From contig MU008171.1 in the NCBI GenBank assembly GCA_010909165.1, positions 1-64,000 on the forward strand: a stretch of DNA of 64,000 bases, read 5' to 3'. The notes beneath the pieces are model-generated. The model was not told the DNA's origin. It ran no database searches and worked only from the letters and a program-made list of their open reading frames with translations. Numbering within the stretch: position 1 is the stretch's first letter; each line of letters opens with the position of its first letter. Below, one piece after another: positions 59,691 through 64,000 of the stretch. Position numbers and translations under genes: made by a program. Source of the DNA: Anthoceros angustus. Taxonomy: Eukaryota; Plantae; Anthocerotophyta.

Positions 59691-60099
59691 GTGTGAGGAT
59701 CTGTAACATGATAATTTTTGAAGGGGGTGAATAATCTCAAAGGGGGTTTTCCGTAAATAATCTTTGAAGGGGGTTTTTGATGGGCCCTAAAACAGCGTTT
59801 TTAAGGCATTCCGGAAAACATCTCCGAAAAAAAGGGTGTCACCCACTAAAGTTCCTACTTTCCATCCAGCAATGTTTCTATCGAATGGTGGTTGCAAACT
59901 CGAACCTATGGGATTAATGCAAAGTAGGAACGGTAAGGAAGGCCGTTCCTGCCGGGAAGGGACGACCGTAAATTCAGTTTTGGGAGGAAAATGTGGTTTA
60001 GTAAGGACACAACAAAAGCCACGGACAGGGTATTTCCAAAACACATAACATTTGGAACCAGACGTTCAACATTCACGCTGGGACCCCGGGACAAACCGT

Positions 60100-60830
60100 G
60101 ATTTCAGTTTCACTCATCACCAGAGTTCAATCCTTCATCATCACTTGGTCCAGCTTCTCCAGCATTGTCATCACTATCTTCAGCGACACTTTGACCCATG
60201 AGGTTGTGAAGCAACTCATGAGCTTATCCCTTATCGCTTTTTGTCCACCGCATACACATGTTTCCGTCGTTCAACACAAACCCATGTCTGGGATGTTGTT
60301 TCATTCACAAACACCTCCTGTATGTTTTTTGGGTAATGGACCTTATTCCCTTTTTCCTCGGCATCAGACCAGATGGGTTGGCACTCTGACGGACTATGTA
60401 TTCCTACACATATCTCCCTTCATACGCATCTGTGTGCTCGGTCCGATACCAGTGGATAAGAAAGTGAGGTCGTGGTGCATCTAGCTTCGCGTCAATGACT
60501 CTCCCCAATCCAGAATGGCCTGTTATGCGTGTCCGTAGTGCACGACCGCCAAACATCCCTCCGATTTCCATTATGTCCCCATTCATCCGAGCCATTCCCT
60601 CTGTTGCCTTCCGCATTTTGATATGCCCCCACATACATATCACGTGGAGGTCCCTCAATAATGCCTCATCTAGCAAAGCTTCATCCGCACTTGAAGTGGT
60701 CAGTATGATCCACTTACGCGTGAAAACCACTTCCAAGGACGCCAGCACTAGCCCAATGTTATTCTCCACAATGATAGCAATCTCCTTCGGTCCACCCAAA
60801 AGGCTTCCCACCACTTGTACTCTTCAATAA
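60100..60830 (-). mobile_element. Degenerate ORF remnant, probably transposon-derived
   Basis: A 136-aa ORF (60404-60814) continues past stops into an acidic tail. It lies between subterminal-like repeat arrays. No diagnostic motif was recognised. Confidence 0.3.
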
Positions 60831-60949
60831 TCACCTATGGACGCAAATCTTTTAACCCTTCCCGCAAATGGGCCACACCTTCCATCGGTGATAGGATACC
60901 GCTGCCCTTCTTGTCCCCCTAGCTTCACCCATGCAGTAGGATGGTGCTA

Positions 60950-61165
60950 AGGGAGGCGACCGGCGCCCTCCCCGGCCCTGCTCATGGGCGGCGTGCGCCC
61001 TCCCCTAACACCGCCCATGGGGCCGGCCGGCGCCCTCCGCCCCACACGCCCGCCCGCCATGGGCGCCCGCCCGCCCGCCCGCCCGCCCCACACGCCCGCC
61101 ATGGGCGCCCGCCATGGCGCCTCCCCACACCACCGCCCATGGGCGCCGGCCGCGCCCATGGGCTC
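60950..61165. repeat. GC-rich repeat cluster (CCATGGGCG / CGCCC)
   Basis: Multiple CCGCCCATGGG and CCCCACAC units. Confidence 0.75.
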
Positions 61166-62249
61166 CTCATAGTTTCTTCAAGAAAATATATATTTAGCGC
61201 CTCAAAGAGTTGCAACTTGGGAGAGTGTTTGGGAAATAAGTGTAGTAATGAATAGGTTTTGTGTTCAAAACTCATATCTCCTTAACAATTCAATTTTGTT
61301 GATTTTAAGGATGCTTGCATGGGCATGGGCAACTAACTTTGTTCATTTTAAGGACGGCATTGCCTTAAAGCCCAAGTGGTTGCATTGAGTGCCGAAGGTT
61401 GAAGACCACGACCGGCGACCTTTTGGATGAGGGCCCTTAGATGTGGCGCCGACACCGCTTGACTGGCCCAAGAATGGTACTATTGAAGGCGAGCAAGCAA
61501 TGGAGGAGAACGACAACTTTGAGGCGGAGGATATGGACCGCCTCGAATATGGCGGTGGTACTTGACTGGCCGCAAGGCATGGATGAGTCGCCAGCCGCAC
61601 TCTTGAATGACTATTGTCGATGCTGATGACCACTTCTTCCTTTAGTAGTTGTTTGTTGCAATGTTCTCACGACCATTGAAATAAGACTCCCGCTAGTACA
61701 AGATTATTTTCATTGTGTTCCACCACTTGAAAGTAAAAGTTTTCGGTTGTAATAAACATATGAAAATGGCAGCCCTCTATGCATTCTACAAAAACGCAGA
61801 CGGGCCCACACCCTATTGTGCTCCAGTTCTCCAGTGTAGACTTGAAAGTGCGTCTTTTATCACAGGTATGACCTCAGAAAGGGTCTGTGCATTATCAAAG
61901 TAGGGCACATATGCTGTTCTAGGAAAGGTGTTCTTCGTGACAAGGGGGTGCTGTCTCGACCGAAGGAGGTTACTATATTCCCCCCCTTCAAAAATTATCG
62001 TGTTCTGTGTTCATTTTGGGGTTTAGAGTCGCTTGCATTTGGTAGTAGCATTCCATTTCTCGTGTGTCCCACTAATGCACAACAAGGTGCAGCATACAAA
62101 ATTTACAACAAAGTACGTTGTAAAACACTTGTTGTAAATATGCCCCATTTAAAGAAGCTGAAAATATATATTTGTGTTATTCATTAATTTGTATTTTTTT
62201 ATAAAAGTTTTTTTTCATATATATATATATATTACTTAAAAGGGCGTTG

Positions 62250-62900
62250 TAATTTAAATGTTGTAATTTCTTTTGCAATTGGGATATTGTAAATGGTTTT
62301 GTAAAACTGGTCGTTGTAAAGTGCGGTGTACCCACACCGAGACGTCTCAAACTTAGATGTTGTAATTCCTTTTGCAATTCGGATATTGTAGATGGTTTTG
62401 TAAAACAGGTTGTTGTAAAGTGTGTTGTACCCACACCGAGACGTCTTAGACGTTGTAATTCCTTTTGCAATTGGGATATTGTAAATGGTTTTGTAAAAAA
62501 GGTTGTTGTAAAGTGCGTTGTACCCACACCGAGACGTCTTAGATGTTGTAATTCCTTTTGCAATTGGGATATTGTAAATGGTTTTGTAAAACTGGTCGTT
62601 GTAAAGTGCGTTGTACCCACACCGAGACGTCTCAAACTTAGATGTTCTAATTCCTTTTGCAATTGGGATATTGTAAATGGTTTTGTAAAACTGGTCGTTG
62701 TAAAGTGCGTTGTACCCACACCGAGACGTCTCAAACTTAGATGTTCTAATTCCTTTTGCAATTAGGATATTGTAAATGATTTTGTAAAACAGGTTGTTGT
62801 AAAGTGCATTGTACCCACACCGAGACGCCTCAAACTTAAATGTTGTAAGTCCTTTTGCAATTGGGATGTTGTAAATGGTTTTGTAAAAGGCATTGTAAAT
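62250..62900. repeat. 93/99-bp tandem array, ~6 copies
   Basis: Unit TTGTAATTCCTTTTGCAATTGGGATATTGTAAATGGTTTTGTAAAA...GTACCCACACCGAGACGTCT(CAAACT)TAGA. Confidence 0.92.
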
Positions 62901-63252
62901 AGGTGACATGGCAAGGGTTGCTGACTAGGCACCATATGGCAATGGGCACCACGTCATCACATGGTGATGTGGCGATGAGGGTCATGTCATCAAATCATGG
63001 CACGTCATCACCTGATGATGTGGCAATGAAGGGCCATGTGGCAACAACATGCCATGTCATCACTTGGTGATGTGGCGGTGATGTGGTGCCATATCACCAC
63101 TTTAATGACATGGCGCTGGAACTGGCCATGTCAACAATTTTACTACGTCATGAAGCTCTCGGTTTACAATGGCGTTGTTGCGCCGTTTTACAACGCTGCG
63201 TTGTCACACCCGTTATAAAAACCGTTGTAAAAACCCTCATTCTCTTGTAGTG
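62900..63252 (+). mobile_element. CACTA (En/Spm) right terminus with subterminal repeats
   Basis: Ends in TCTTGTAGTG (63243-63252, reverse complement CACTACAAGA). Preceded by GATGTGGC/CATGTCA and TTTACAAC/GTTGTAAA subterminal motifs. Confidence 0.7.
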
Positions 63253-64000
63253 CAAGCTGTATAGGGTATGGGCAATTAGTAGACCCACACTCTAAAATGC
63301 AAGCCTTGTATGCTCTGTGGGTTCTTAAAATGCTTGACCCCAACTCCTATCCCTTGGAAACCTTTCTTATATTATAAACTAAACCTCATATAGGACGTTT
63401 TTGGTGGCACATTGAGACATCCTAGATAATAAACTTGTTCTTAGAGTATATGAAGCTTGAGGACTGTAAGGTCCGAGCTTGGAACCTTACAGCTTGCACT
63501 ATTCTTCTGAGCTTTCAAGGTCATGAACTGTGTTGGTGTTGTTCTCCTTTGGTTATTAAATCTAACACTTATGCTAATATATATCCATACCCCAAGGGAC
63601 GGTTCAACCGAAATAATTAATTTTTAAAAGTGAATCCGGGAATCCACCTAACCACACCCTGATTATCAAAGACTTGAACCAATAAATGCTGCACAAGGCA
63701 ATGAGTACCTAGCCACCTAAGTACCTACCTCGCTTTGGTTGTCACAAGTATTCTTCGTGCTATGGCATGTTGTGGGCTACGGACTTCCCTTGGAGGTTAG
63801 GAAATAAGTTGGGTTTTGTTTTTTTCGTAGGTCCGAAGGGTAAAATAAGGCGGAAAAGGAGGAATAGGATCAGGCCGGACTGCTGAGTGTACTCGGACTC
63901 GGAGTGGGTAACGGACACCACTCACGACGAGCTACGACCGCACCGGGTATCGGATAAGTCCGGACCCCACTCCGGTCAAAACAGATAAGTACGCCAGGGA

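Noticed and set aside
59327-59740. 137-aa ORF with AHRLTSSR repeats
   Set aside because: Translation of the TGTGAGC low-complexity array, not a credible gene.
1-64000. rRNA, tRNA or other structured ncRNA genes
   Set aside because: None were recognised. The only tRNA-related sequence is the retrotransposon PBS. A covariance-model search (tRNAscan-SE/Infernal) would be needed to exclude snoRNAs or miRNAs, for example in the RRP5 introns.

Overview
Nuclear genomic DNA of a seed-free land plant. A hornwort fits best (compact ~80-200 nt introns, GRP-ending DYW:KP PPR genes); a fern or lycophyte cannot be excluded. Left to right: (1) a degenerate, internally deleted Ty1/copia element (2290-8264, minus strand; 160-bp LTRs, tRNA-iMet-type PBS, PPT, CACAA target-site duplication) inserted into a ~46-bp tandem array; (2) a TA-flanked Tc1/mariner-type MITE; (3) two intronless PLS-class PPR paralogs (9784-12373, broken by two single-base frameshifts; 25305-28292, intact, 995 aa) ending in the variant DYW:KP deaminase domain (KPAxAxIE...HAEKLA...GRP) associated with reverse U-to-C organellar editing, both also carrying an N-terminal OSB-type 'PDF' ssDNA-binding motif; (4) between them, a ~10-kb tandem array of a ~1.8-kb unit holding a CIPK/SnRK-like kinase pseudogene, flanked by a duplicated inverted PPR chimera; (5) a multi-exon RRP5 gene (30556-41760) and a convergent stop-interrupted ORF; (6) a CRE-like non-LTR retrotransposon RT remnant; (7) a tight trio of genes: SPOROCYTELESS/SPEAR-like EAR repressor, PTAR1-like prenyltransferase-alpha-repeat protein, and a CYP71-clan P450 whose 3' half is tandemly duplicated; (8) TE-derived repeats ending in a CACTA terminus. 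The most notable signal is the PDF-motif + PPR + DYW:KP(GRP) architecture. Caveat: many tandem copies differ by single-base indels in homopolymers, so some frameshifts and copy numbers may be long-read consensus artefacts. All family assignments come from motif recognition by eye, not database searches.
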